From the NCBI RefSeq assembly GCF_000150275.1, contig NW_002060972.1, forward strand, positions 186,645 to 250,644: a stretch of 64,000 nucleotides of DNA, in the 5' to 3' direction. Below the pieces are notes generated by a model. That model was not told where the DNA came from. It did not search any database and saw nothing but the letters and a program-made list of their open reading frames with translations. The position numbers and the translations under genes were made by a program. Positions 1 through 13,400 of this stretch are shown one piece after another (within the stretch, counting starts at the first letter, position 1; every line of letters starts with the position of its first letter). This DNA is from Trichoplax adhaerens. Lineage: Eukaryota > Animalia > Placozoa.

Positions 1-2826
1 ACAAAAATGGTGGATGCAGCCACCATTGCAAGAATCTCTATTCCAGCTACTATTGCACATGTCCTGATAACTTAGAACTCCATACCGACAATCATACTTG
101 CTTGGGTATGTATCTTAAGCTATCATTTAAATCAATCCATAGTTAGCTAAAAATTAAAACTCACACCTCCAATAACAAACACGGTTACAAAATTATTTGC
201 AATAGAAAGTATTATTTTACTATTATGATTATATTTAATCAAGCCTGGTGTCAATATCGATTATGCTTTATAATGATTGCTCTTTTATTATAGATCCTTG
301 TTCCGTAAATCATATTTCTTTTAATAATACGTTTAATCAATCAAGCGATTTTATGAAAGTATTTAAAATAAACAGCCAGTGTAATTCTTATTCGAGAAAC
401 TATAAACCAGCTCGTTGGTATGAAGCTAATCTCCAAGATAATTGCACCAACTTAGCAAACTGGATCGATATCAACCAACAACAAGGCAAATGCACTGTAG
501 TTACAAAAGCAAGCAACTTGCAATTAACTTCGTAACGAAATTCTCCATCATTCTACTATCGTATATATAATTAGTTGCAGTATGAAATTACTATATCATA
601 GAGTATTCCAAAATAGTTTTCATTATAAATGATAATGACTTTTATTTTGATTTCAATCTTTAGTCAATCGTGACTTAAACCTAAAAAGTCGTCTGATCTG
701 CATCAATTTTGGTCTTTCAACTTGTTTTAAGACACTGTCTATGAAAACGAAATCTTGCGCCAATGGAAAAGTAATTTATAAAGCAGATCCATCATCAGCA
801 TGCATTCTGAATTATTGTAGTCAAGTCAGTGATCCAGGTACGTAAGTTATTATTTCAATGTGTTGCAGATAGAAAGTTAGCCTTATGATGATCTCTAAAT
901 CGATGGATTAATTGATATTGAAAGATTACTGTAGATCGTCTCCTTGTCGTCAGGGACAGTGTCTGTCTACAGCTTCTGGTTATCAATGTAAATGTTTTCG
1001 AGGATTTGTTGGATTAAACTGTCAATATAAAGGTAAAGAGATCATTTTCGATATAACTAGTTAGTCACATTGACAAAATTTGCTACAATAGAAATAACTC
1101 TTCCTTTTAGAGGAATTATTTAAAGCAACAATCCTTATTTTCCGTCAATATTATATATAAATTGTTTATTATGACAGTATCACAGTTTAGGTAAAAATTG
1201 AGATCAGCTATATAGTTCTCCTGTAGGTTTCTCGTTCGTCTTAAAACTGAAGCTGCTTATTAAGCACATGCATGACACATCACATATTCCTTTATTAATA
1301 TGCCAAAACAATATTCTGTATGCTAGAATTGTCTCTACTCTTACAATTAATATCATTAGTTGTCTGTTAAATAAAGTGTTTACTGACAATAATAGTTTGA
1401 TTATTTCAATCAATGAGCAAACTAATTGATAAAGGTGCGACTTCAATATTCATCCATTTCCATTAAGCCTAGTTTTCGCAATTGATAGGAAGTGAAGCTT
1501 CATGATTTCAACTCTAATTCAATAAGTACCCTGCATAGGATATAATGACATATTCGGAAAGAAAGAGCTGGTTTATTGTACTGCTTCATATCATTCTAAA
1601 ATAAAAGTGCCTTCAACATTAGAGTATTTTTATTAGCTTTGCTGTAATACTTCAGTTACTCTTTCGCATTAGTCTACCTCTATTTTACAACAGAATTTCC
1701 TTCGTGATAGCTCATTACATTGTAGATTCTAACATTTTTCGAACCATATCTTTTACACTGTATATCCGCCACTTTAGATTCTTGCTCATCCTTTCCTTGT
1801 CTGTATGGAAAATGCGAGATCACTTACAACGGCAATTATCAATGTCGATGTTATCCTTACTATACCGGAAATCGTTGCCAAACAAATATGAACGGTACGT
1901 CATCATCAAATGTACTTCTACTCGATTTACATATTTTACTTTCAACACTGAATTGATTGTAAGTCGTTTATAAACCGAAATGACAATAATAATTGCTGAA
2001 AACTTGATCTATCCATGTAGTTCATATTGTTATTCATTCAATGTATCTTATTAGTTAAATAATACTGGCAAACAGCTAACAAAAGTTTTTACTTCTTTCA
2101 TCAGCTACCGAATATTGTCTAACCAAAGCTAAATCTTGCTATGATATTGCCATGCAACAGCCAAATAAAAAATTACCCAATCAATATTACGACATCTATG
2201 ATGACGGAACTAGCAACTTTATGAAAGTTAAAAAATGGCGCGTCTACTGCGACTTTAACTCACAGCCTGGTTTTGCTTGGACTTTAATAGATTCATTTTC
2301 TTTTGCCAATAGACAGCATCCTAAAATAAGGCGTTCATTTCCGTACGATAGCCCCATCAATCATGAAAACGTAAGCTCTAAGCCATGGCCATTATATCGC
2401 ATGAGTCGCGAACAAATGTTATCTACCTATCATCAATATCAAAATTTCAGTGATGGAGGGCTATGGCGAGCAACATGTAATTTTAATTCCCTTTCTTTTC
2501 CTCTTCTAACCGATCCTGTCGATTATATACAAAGTTCATTTCTACGATGGAATATATTGGAAGTTGGTACAGCAGATAGATGCCAATATATCGATTACGT
2601 TAACATTCGCGGCCACCTTTACAGAAATACAACACATTTTATTGACACGGGAACATCAGAACATTTTCATATCGAATCTAGCTTTGGCTGTTCTGATAAG
2701 ACAGTTCCCGATTCTGTCTATAGTGAAGATAATTTTGGCCAGTATGAAAGTTACAATAGATTGTTTACTTGTAGTGCCAATGCAACTAGTATCTCAAGTT
2801 GGTGGATAGGGACAAAAATTCAATAA
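1..2826 (+). CDS. 5'-truncated secreted protein: EGF - UMOD/GP2-type D8C-like domain - 2x EGF - C-terminal fibrinogen/intelectin-like domain
   Basis: Phase-1 exons <1-105 (NGGCSHHCKNLYSSYYCTCPDNLELHTDNHTC, EGF), 294-485 (DPC...RWYE...NC...W), 664-837 (ICINFGLSTCFKTLSMKTKSCANGKVIYKADPSSACILNYC), 925-1032 (EGF), 1778-1894 (EGF) and 2105-2826 (KSCYD...YYDIY...VYCDFNSQPGFAWTLIDSFS...WRATCNF...EDNFGQY...WWIG*). All joins are in frame. Confidence 0.85.
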
Positions 2827-3744
2827 TAGCGGAATTCTGTCATAGGCATCGTCAATTGATGAAGAATTCTGTCATTTAGCGATAAGTCCATCATAATTAA
2901 GAAATTAGTAATTTCCATCTATCCTAAAACTCCAATCTGTACTTGTAGTAGGCACATTATGTAAGCCTTCAAGCTGTTATATTCTAGTATAAAAATGCTT
3001 GGAAATTGATTTCATAAAGACATGTGAACAAGTGAGATTTCCATTATAATAATTCAATAACTGCCACATGCATACAGATATCTACGATGTACCGTGAAAT
3101 TAATACTCTAAATGTGCAATAAATAAGCATCTTGAAAATCATCCGCGAGATGGGTTGCATTTTATTCGTGTTTATTCCTTTTTCTTCCATCTTACTTCCA
3201 TTTGCAAGATATCAACTGTTCTAGAAGATCACAATGGTCCGGCAGGTCTTACTCAATAATGCAAGATAGCTCCGTCTCTTTTTCTTTGAAAATAATGATA
3301 TTAACTATCAGCCAGTATTTTATAAAATATGAATGTTTATCAGTAAGATCATTTGTACTTACATAAAAAGTAATCTAATTAAACCAAGTAGCAAAAGTAA
3401 TCATACCAGTTATACAATTTAGGTTAAAGTTTATTCAGTTACTCGTATGTTGTTTTCCTCTCCTGTATGATTGTCGTCCGTACTGAAATTGATGCTTTAT
3501 TTAAGTATGTAACATAAACAACTAAAAAGGAAATTACAAAAAATGGGAAAAGAAAGATCTCACCTGCCAAACTGCTTGATATCTAAAATAGAAAGATCTT
3601 ACAACACTTCAGCTACTACATTATGACTGCGAAATTTCTATTTTATAAGGTGATATTTATTAGGATAGCTATAATAGTAATGGCAGATTTTATTACTCAT
3701 TGAATCTTATCACTATCATTCTACATTCGTTATTTTTGCTTTTA

Positions 3745-4153
3745 TAATTCTTGTCAGTATGGAATTTTGTATAATTTTTAACCATACCAGTTACCGATGC
3801 TAACTTGATAACACTAGAAATCGTTGCCAAGCATTGGAGATCGAAAAGATGTATGAGAAAGGTATATCATTACGAATGAGCAATTCGACTTAATTTATTT
3901 TAATATTGCATTGATTGCAAGTTACTAATAAGCCAAAATAAATGCAGGTATTCAAGAAAACTGAATATAGCCTCGCATTTTTTATATTCAATTAATTGAT
4001 TGCACCTCACCAGCTAAAAATGATTTAAAAATAGTCACGAGAAATGTTTATTCTTCGATCAGTATCCACATATTGTCAAACCAGACCCAATTCTTGTCAT
4101 GATCAACTTGATAAATTAAGAAGGAATGAAAAATTGCCATATCAATGTTGCGA
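3745..4153 (+). pseudogene. Decayed fragment paralogous to the last two exons of the upstream EGF/fibrinogen-like gene
   Basis: Broken EGF exon (CQYG...YRC*...NRCQ) followed by an exon start STYCQTRPNSCHDQ...KLPYQCCD that aligns with ATEYCLTKAKSCYDI...KLPNQYYD. Homology then stops. Confidence 0.6.
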
Positions 4154-4844
4154 CGGATTTATTGCCAAGATCGAATCGATCTCGCGTAAAAGTGTAAAAA
4201 TAGATATGCTAAGTTGTAAGATGAAACTACTTTAACAACTGCAAAGTTTGTACACTATTCAATTTCATATTTTATACAGTAAAAAAAAGGCTAGAGTAGA
4301 CTTCTCATGGAAAGAAACTTTAGCAGAATTATTATACTATGACAGTATGGCAATCGTCAAGTTATTCGTGGCAGTAAAAAGAGTGAATAACTCTTGAGGT
4401 ATGATTATCGTAGCCATATCATTTCTGTTCGCTTCCAGAACCCTAGTTCTGAGATTACTTGAACATTCTGTCATCACAACCGCTTTTATCCTCGACAAAG
4501 TATTAGGACGAGCTTACGCATCGTAACAGGCAGAGATAGGACAAGCATGAATAATTCCTAGTGGAAATCGACTGCTGCTTCATGATTATTACGATAAACA
4601 TTGTCTGAAATATCATTAACAAGGAACATTCTGATAGTATCAATACAATTTAAATTGAAAATGGGCCGCTGTCATTACCACAATCTGTTTTAGTATTACA
4701 GTAACTAAATTACGGAAGGTTATAACCTTTACTGGCAAGCTATTGACACTACAATAAATCATTTTAAGAGGCTGAATAAGCTAATCATCCCCAAAATATC
4801 GCCATGCAGCGTCTATTAGACGTCGATTTGACATACCGATACAT

Positions 4845-5152
4845 TAATAGCATTCCAGCTATTGTTATGTCATTGCAGAATGTAGACGAAATAGATCAAC
4901 TCTAGTTGATGATATCATTGCCCTACACAATTTGGTTTTATTTTCCCCTTAGTAGCATTGGATTTTTTCAATTTTTTTGTTGATGAACTTTAGAATTGTG
5001 AAGAAGAGGGATTTACTGCAGCTTCACTCTCTCACATATGAACATAAATGGTGTTTCTTACACACTAATTTGCAATCAGCCATCGTTGTCCGTACAAAAG
5101 ATGATGAGGTAAACCAACATAATCGTAACAGAGTTAAACAGGAAATGCAATT
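4845..5152 (+). repeat. Coding-derived dispersed repeat, copy 1 (copy 2 at ~20531-20843)
   Basis: Aligns by eye with 20531-20843 (cattccag.tattg...atagatcaact...gaagaagagg...aatcagccatcg...taaacagg). Many differences are synonymous in the + frame HSSYC...RST. Contains stops. Confidence 0.7.
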
Positions 5153-5200
5153 TATTAATAGCTGTAATCACGGTATTTCTGATATCTATCTGCCGCTTCA

Positions 5201-5540
5201 TTTTAATACTGCTAGAAAAGCGATGAAATCATTCACACCAATCCGTATCCCAAATGAATATAAGATATACATTTTAGTTTAGTGTAGTAGTTTCAGCGAA
5301 TTACAGTAGTAATTGAAGTACAGTAGCATCAAAAAAGTAGGATAGTTTCCTATGCTTATAATCTTGTATCATGTTATAGATTTGCTCAATTTTAATAACT
5401 CAGATTTTGAGTTGGAAGATTGCGAACCAAAGGGGTTGCAAACCCAAGCTTTTCACGAGTTTAATACTGCTAGAAAAGTGATGAAATCATTCGCACTAAT
5501 CCGTTTCCCATATGAACAAAAGATATGCATTTAAGTTTAG
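5201..5540. repeat. Local direct repeat of ~80 bp (5201-5282 and 5460-5540)
   Basis: ttaatactgctagaaaag.gatgaaatcattc.cac.aatccgt...aagatat.catt..agtttag occurs twice. Confidence 0.8.
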
Positions 5541-6374
5541 ATTTCACTGTATGTTTTTAAATTCGTGATCTCTTTTACTTTTAACTTGCCAATTTAATAT
5601 ACATTTATTACCGGTACTCGTTAGATTGGTAAAATTTTCTCTATGCTTCACTCACTACCGCATTAAAGGATTTGATATTATCTGTTTGTTACACTATGGA
5701 GTACAATGAATATTAGCCACTTTATATGCTATGCTATCGAAATAAAAATATGTGTATGACAAGCATTATATCAACTTCAACTTTATTTAGGAACCTTCTG
5801 GATTTAATGTCCTTCCCTAAAAAATGTAGCAGCTATATATGCAAGAAATATTGTACTGTGCTCATAGAATCTTCATGCATTGATGAACGAACTACTGTAC
5901 ACGGCTGTAATCTACATGAAATTATGTCTATCATATTACTTACAATCTAGTGTTAAAAGAAACTTTTTAATAAAGTGAAAATATGATGTAAGACAACAGG
6001 CAATGAGCTAATTATTTTTGAAATTGTAATTGAAGATAGTGCATTTACGATTCTCTCCGTTAATTCAATTAGTAAATGTAGCGAGTAAGTAGCTAATTAT
6101 TATAAATTTTTAATGAAGACGAAGACATTTATGAAAGTTGCCGTTTTTCAATTAATAAATATGCTGGTAGAGAGTAGGACAGACGATCAATATAATTGCT
6201 AGCATTCTAATCACGATTTGAGTCACAACAAAAGCAATTAAATAAATAAATCATAGAATGGCAATACTTCAAATATGCATCCTTAATTAGTTTGTAACTT
6301 GTACTGTGATTTTTGTACATGGACTACATCACTTAGCCTTACCGTAAGAATTCCCGCTATGTAACTTGCACCTC

Positions 6375-6750
6375 TATTATGATGCGTAAGCTCTTAAAGG
6401 GTAGTTTTACTTTATGTGCATTAGGAGTTTCTGACGAGACTATTAAAGGCTGGTATCTGAAGATCCCTTTTTGGTTAGTTAGTCGGTTAGACAGTCAACT
6501 AGTTTATCAATTGCTATTGAATTGTAAAGATTATAATCTTGGGTGCTAAGATTTCTTCAGTAATAAATAGTAGTCAATCTCTGACTACCTCGTCTACACT
6601 GTCAGTGACTCTTTGATTATACTATAGTATTCGGTCGTTGGAACTGAATTATTTGGTGATGTAGCTAATCTCGTCTCTTTAAGTCAGTAAGTGGCGTTCT
6701 CCGCAAGGATTGGCATGTGTAAACTAATTTGTCACTAGTGGTGTGTGACA
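6375..6750 (+). mobile_element. Solo LTR, family A, older copy with internal deletion
   Basis: Homologous to 35158-35594. Begins TATTATGATGCGTAAGCTC (mutated TGTTACGATGCG...) and ends GTGTGTGACA. Flanked by ACCTC/ACCAC (4 of 5 TSD match). Confidence 0.8.
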
Positions 6751-8588
6751 ACCACATATATATGGCAAAAGGTATAAAGGATGAGTAGTCAGTTAACTGA
6801 TTACTTCCTTTATTTTACTGTATTAAACTGTACTCGAGTAAATATTAATAAAATGTAAGCTATATTAGTTTTAGTCTAAATAGCCTTATATTGCGTGGTA
6901 TAGATTAATAGATTAGTCTTTCACCGTAGAACTCTACCTACGAAACGTATACGTAATCTACTAAATTAACGTAATTCGTTGACGAAGACTACTTTGCGAT
7001 AGCTAGACTATCTCAGTTCATGTTTTTCAAAAATTCATTATATATAATTATATTATTAAAGCATCATATTAACAAATACATGATTCAATCATAGAAGAAA
7101 TCGAAATTTTATACTGTAGAAACACAATAATTTTTTGTTAATCATAGTAATCGCTGCTTTTAATGACATCAGCTTAGCATAGATGGCCAGTATCAAGTAG
7201 AGAATAGACATAGTTTCATAGAATCGCTGAATTTCAGAATCTAGTATGCTAGTCTGATTGGACATTTGTAAATAATTCATTTTTAGATTAATCATAGAAA
7301 TTTTTGCGGCCTGCCTCAATTAAATCTATATTAGGAAAACTATCCAAATTTTATACTGCGAAAGAAATGTTATGATAGGGGCCAGACATAACAAACTCAC
7401 GTCGGTGCCAATGGCGTAGAACACCCATCAAGTGTATGGTAAAAATTTTTGTATTTATAGATTTAAAATGATCATCGCTTACCTTAATTATGTAGTAGAG
7501 AGTCACATCAATATTAAATATTAGGACAAAAATACACTTATGTAGACATAATATAAATATAAAAATGGATAAAAAATTAGGGGAGCAAAAATTATAGCAA
7601 TTAAATAATAAACTAAGAACACTTACTAGCATAAATGTGATAAAATGCAATGTTGGCACCATGCTATTAATGCAAGGCAGGTAGGATTGAAATTTTAGCA
7701 TGAAAGAATGGAAAAGATATTGGTTTGTAAGAAAGTTTGAAGACAAATTAAATTATTATTCTCCCCGATGCAATTAAAATTAAATATCTACATCGACTAT
7801 GTTTTAATAATAATGGATGGTACAAGAAATAAAATATTTTGTATCAGTAAAAAGAACAGAATTTTATTTTAATGACCTTACAGCAATACACGTATCAATC
7901 TGCGAAATTAATCAACAAGGAAATTTATAATAGCTAGTGAAGCGATTTCAGCAGTCATGACTTCTGCAAGTGCAACAGTAAAAGAAGTTAAAGCACTAGG
8001 TGACAAAAAAATAGTTGATAGTGGAAAGTAATAAAGTAATTATAGATGATGGCTGGTATAATGGAGCGAAGAAGGCCATAGCTGACGGCCATATAAAGAT
8101 CTGCGGTTGAGTAATACTCTGATATGATTCTGAATTCCTGAGTAGAGAGTTACAGCTGAGTATTCAACTATATTTTGTATAGGTAATATGGAATTGTTGT
8201 TTAGAGTTTATAAGATTAAAGGGCTATTGATCTTTTTGCTTAACATTAGCGATCGGCAGTGTTTAAATAACCTATATTTGTGATAAGGATTGCTAATCTT
8301 AGGTTAAAAGCCCAATCATTACCGTTTGGATTATTTTATTGCTGGAAATTTAAATTTAAATTTTATCATTACTACAAAGTGAGTGTCTAAGCTTTCTCAA
8401 ATTCATCGATTACAGAGAAAAGCTTCCCTGGATTTTATTTCCCACCATGAGGTAAATTTTCGCCATCTTGAATACATTATCACATTTCCCTTAACATTTA
8501 CGAACGAACATTTACAAACGTAATTTCTCCATGGTACACAATATAACCTTTGTTATTGAAGTTATTTATTTATTTTACCCTTATTACA

Positions 8589-8870
8589 GTAATCTTTCAT
8601 ATAATAGCAACATTAACGATCGATTTTTTCGCTGTATTGCTTGATGACCTCGCATTAAAGGCAACTATAAAAGGGTTCGCCATGCTAAGGGTAGCAAGAA
8701 TTTCGTTACGACGTTTTCGTTGGTGTATTGAAAGTATCGATTGCAACCAAATTATATCAATTTCATATTCGAACAAGAAACACTATTAGTATTGAGCTTT
8801 TCAAAAAATGTCCAGAATTCTATTTTCAATGCAGTTTGCGGTAAGCTGTAATTTCGTAATAGCATAACCT
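8589..8870 (+). repeat. Coding-derived dispersed repeat, copy 1 (copy 2 at ~17580-17860)
   Basis: gtaatctttcat...catgctaa...gattg.aa.caaatt.tatcaatt..atattc.aacaagaa...gcagttt is shared. The copies translate to SIDCNQIISISYSNK and SVDCNQIVSI*YSNK. Confidence 0.7.
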
Positions 8871-10479
8871 AGGCAGTATGTCTTCGTATACTTGAAGAGC
8901 TAATACTAAGACTATGGCAGATATATTATTAGAGTAACACCGTCTAGTCTATTTGTTAATCGAAAATTTAAAATAAAGCTATCATAGTTTTTATCTAATC
9001 TTAAATACAACATACAATTTTCTTACATTTTCTTATTCTATCCTCTAGATTTTGAGTCTTTTCCTTACTAGCTTGCAAGCCTTAGGTAATGTAAAAACAA
9101 AGTGTTATCTTCCTAGCTGCAACAACTGGAATGTAATAAATAAACTACTTGTATTTTGGCTATAGCTTTGACATTTGTAATTTGCTGCACTATCAAAACC
9201 TATAACGTCTATTGCAAAATTAATTTTTCATAAACTTTTCTACTCCATTTTCTATCCTTTTAATTTTTTTACCCATATAAAATATAGTTTTTAATCATGA
9301 TAAAGAAAATCTCATAGAGCAAAATGTCACGGCTCACACATAAAATGCTTCCGCTGTTGTCAATTTGCTGTTCTTTATCACAGATATACATCAGACTAAG
9401 GATTTTCTTGCAATTGAATATAGATTAGTTAAATTATAATTTTAAATGTCCTTTTATTCGATACATTCGTTATTTAATGAAGACTTAGATGTTATTCTTG
9501 ATATCATTACCTCTTTTACAGGGGTTGAGCATTGCTAGTTCAATTCATACTGCAACATAGGCACAAAACTGTCCATACATTTATTTATTTTTTATTTCTT
9601 GGCGGTCCAATTAGTATATTTGCAGATACACTAACCTAAGCATTTTATTGTTACATAGCTTTGAAGTTTAATAACAATAATACATCAACTACACGCCAAC
9701 AAATCTCATACATTTTACGATCGTAAATACCTTAACTATCCGATTAAGATCAGTTTCATTAATGAACTATTTTGAGAGTGATTTTCATACCCATTGCTAT
9801 TGTAGGTTAGTCGATCAGTTGTGGAGCAAGAGTAAAAAGGGCGCTCGTTTCAGTGCTTTGCATTCTCAGTTTGTGTTCAGATAATATAGTAGCTTCCTTC
9901 CAATTAATATTGAGTGGGTTATAATATACAATTACTTCAGATTATTTATCTTTAAAATTCTACTAAATTTTTGCTAATTAAACAATGTATTTAATAAGGC
10001 TACTGTAACAAATGCTTATCAGGCTGCAGTACGGTAGGGATAAAGTACTTACATTAGATGTTAAGTACCTTGTATTTCTCAAAATATTTTTCGAATAGTA
10101 CCGATTTTCATCACGGTGATAGTTTTGTGTGTAGATGTAATGAATGAGATAGATTATTATCAACTTGATTCTATTCTGATGACTGACTTAATTTGAATGA
10201 TATCATAGTAAGAAATACTACCTGGCTTCTATTGTAGCCATAACGTAACTTATTGTGGTTAGTTATTAAAATTATACATTAGGATATCTTCAAACCACAT
10301 GACAAAAACTGCGTGCATAATTTCGACAAAATCTCTGACTCAGTTAATGATATTGCTGTAATTCAAAGGCAACACATTGATCAAAATTTTCCTTTAATTT
10401 CAATTTGCAAACTTTATTATAAACAATAACTTAAAAAAAGATTACTTAAGCGAATAAAATTCTCTATTATAATTCTTAG

Positions 10480-13400
10480 AAGATCCATGTTCCAAATCAA
10501 CAACTTTTGTCAATGATTCTATGGCCCAAAATCTCGATTTATTACCTGATAATCAGCTAAAACGCCCTAGCTTCAACATTTCTAAGCAGAAACATTCTAC
10601 TTTACGGTGGTATAGAACCAGTGCTCCAAGAAATTGTTTACCTGTGGCTAGATGGATTAATAACGACTTGCACAGTAAGCTCTTACGGCTGCTGTACTGC
10701 TATGTTTGCATCCAAGGGTACCTTGTTAACCATACGATTCAATAATTGTTTACAATTGATCTAATGCATTTGTAATTTTTGTTGTACTATTAATATATCA
10801 TCTAGAATCAATATTAATAGTAAATTACCTTAAATTGCCTTGTAAAAGATTGATAGGCTGTATAGCATTCCAATTCTTGAATAAATATTGCAAAATATAG
10901 CCATAATAGAAACCGTAAATTTTAGTCGATGTCTGATCAGTAGTTCCAATGCGTTAATTCTAATCTATTTTATAGAGTCAAAATTAAAATTTCTTTCATC
11001 GATATTAATTACTGTATCAAATACATATCCAATGGAACTTATTCATAAAACTAGATGTTGATTACAGCCTTTAAGAATAACAGTAAACATAGTGATAATT
11101 AAAGTTTCAGATCTTGCAATAGTTTATAAATAAAAACAGTGTTAAATGTGCATTGGATTTCTCTTAGCTAATTAATAAAGTATCATAAGTTGAACAATCG
11201 TCGCAAATTCATATTGATAGCAATTATTACTGTAGTTAAACTAAAACAGACATTAAACAGTTGATTCAATATCATATTTTGTAAGGTAGATAAACAAAGC
11301 CATCAAACCAATACGCTGATAAATTTTTTAATTTAACTAAATAATAGATTTATTTCTTTTCAAGCTGTACTTTGCTCATTGTATCTTTCAATTTTCTATC
11401 ATTAGTGACAGGCACTTCTTATAATTTAATTTACTGTTTATTGCAGATGATACCGGAAGAAGAAATTTATGTTTTCACTTTGGACAAGCACGATGTTTAC
11501 GTAATATTTCTATTGCCTACAAAAAATGCTCCGATTACATGGTCTATAAAATGGATAAATTATCCGTGTCTTACTTAAGTTCTTGCAGTCATGTTGAAGG
11601 TATTTTGGATTTTAATTTAATTTATTTAGCTATCAGAAAACTCATAAGAAAGACAACTAGAATATTATTCATCTTCAGAACAATGCTTAATGTTTAATTT
11701 AAATCTTTTCATATCAAAATAAGATAATTGCAATCAGAACCCTTGCCAAAATGGAGGAAAATGTAAATTGATAAAAGGCGGCACTGGATATCAATGTCAA
11801 TGTCGACTAGGGTATCACGGAAAAACTTGTCAGATACGTAAGTAACGAGGAATTTGTAAAATATTCATGCATATAATTAAATGAATTAAAGCTTTACGAC
11901 TTCGTTCGACGTATCGCAATAGTATCAAATGTTAGTTTGTGGATAATGCAATATTTTTGACAATGTTGTAGCTTTCAATGTGTCGACAGAAATTGAGCTA
12001 GTTATTATTGAAACACTGGTACAATATCTGTGCCAGAAAATAGACTCTTTATTCGCTGATGATAAAATTATTACATGGGATAGTTGCTATAGATCAATGT
12101 GTAAGCTGTCTTAAAAGTATCCGAGAAAAACTAACACGGCAATAATTGCACTGTATGAGATATGAGTCAGAGTTCGGCTATTGTAATGACCGAGTAATAG
12201 TTTTTTACTATTACTGTAGGTTCGCTACCTCTAACTCTTAATCTCAATTATTTAAGTTGAGCAAATCCTTATCATATGCAATAAACCGTCACAGCCGAGA
12301 GAGTAGTTTTAAACTACGTTTACTATTCCGCCTGAGCGTGGCAGTGAATTCTATTTTCACCTCTCATATAATCAGTCGAAAACGGTTAAGATAAATCGGA
12401 TAAACGGACTTTAGATTATTTTTACAAGCAATCATTTCCATACAGAATTATATAGCATAAGCTTACATCCTATAGTAAACGTATTAATCTAATGTTATTA
12501 AAAAACAGAAATCGACCCTGGTTAAGATGAAATAATTAACTTTCAACACGTAACTAATAGTTTATCAATATCTATATTAGAACGATAGGTTACACACATA
12601 TATAGCTATCATCAAAATAGCATAGATTAACATCATTGAAATCATTGCAGCTATATATATAGTTTTAGAGGCATAGAATGCATGCAGAGAATAAGATTGT
12701 AGCATTAAATGTAAAATATTGAATACTATAAGTATCGAGTACAAGGAAATAGAGATCTATTCAAAGAAACATGTAGGACAAATTTCGTCACTCTTTCTAG
12801 ATAAAAACTCAACAGAAAAATCGTTCAGATAAAGAATATAATTATCAGACATTGCTCTAGTTGTGATCGAAATCGCATTCAGAAATTCATTTTCTGTGCA
12901 TTATTAAAGTCTTTTAATTAATTTAAATTAAATTGAGGTTTTATAATTAATTCTACACGGCATAAAATCATATAATGTAATTCTAGATTATTGACATATG
13001 GCATCGATCATTTTATAATACAGTATTTCTAAGAAATTTTACTAAAATAAATTTTTATCATGTGTAATTTCCAGGTTCTTGTTGCCCTAATCCTTGCCAA
13101 TTCGGTCGATGTATTACCGAAAGAAATGGTTATTATTGTCAATGTCAAGCCGGATATACTGGAAATTACTGTCAAAAAAGTAAATGATACTGTATAAACA
13201 TTCAATTTTCATATTTACACGTTAATTTCTCTCAGGAAAGATTTGATAAAAGTTTCTAATAAGAAAGATCTTTATATTTGTATTAGTAGATGCTTTATCC
13301 TGAGCACCGATATAAGTGTAGTATCGTAGCTTTGAAAATTTCATTTATTTCTGTTTATCAGTTTTGTAATTTCTCATTTCTGGTATTTCCTATTAGCCTG

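Noticed and set aside
7351-7746. 131-aa minus-strand ORF
   Set aside because: F/I/L/N-rich composition typical of AT-rich non-coding DNA, non-ATG start and no recognisable motif.
12182-12293. TG...GTCACA segment in an intron as a further solo LTR
   Set aside because: The flanks do not form a TSD and no homology to the other LTRs is visible.
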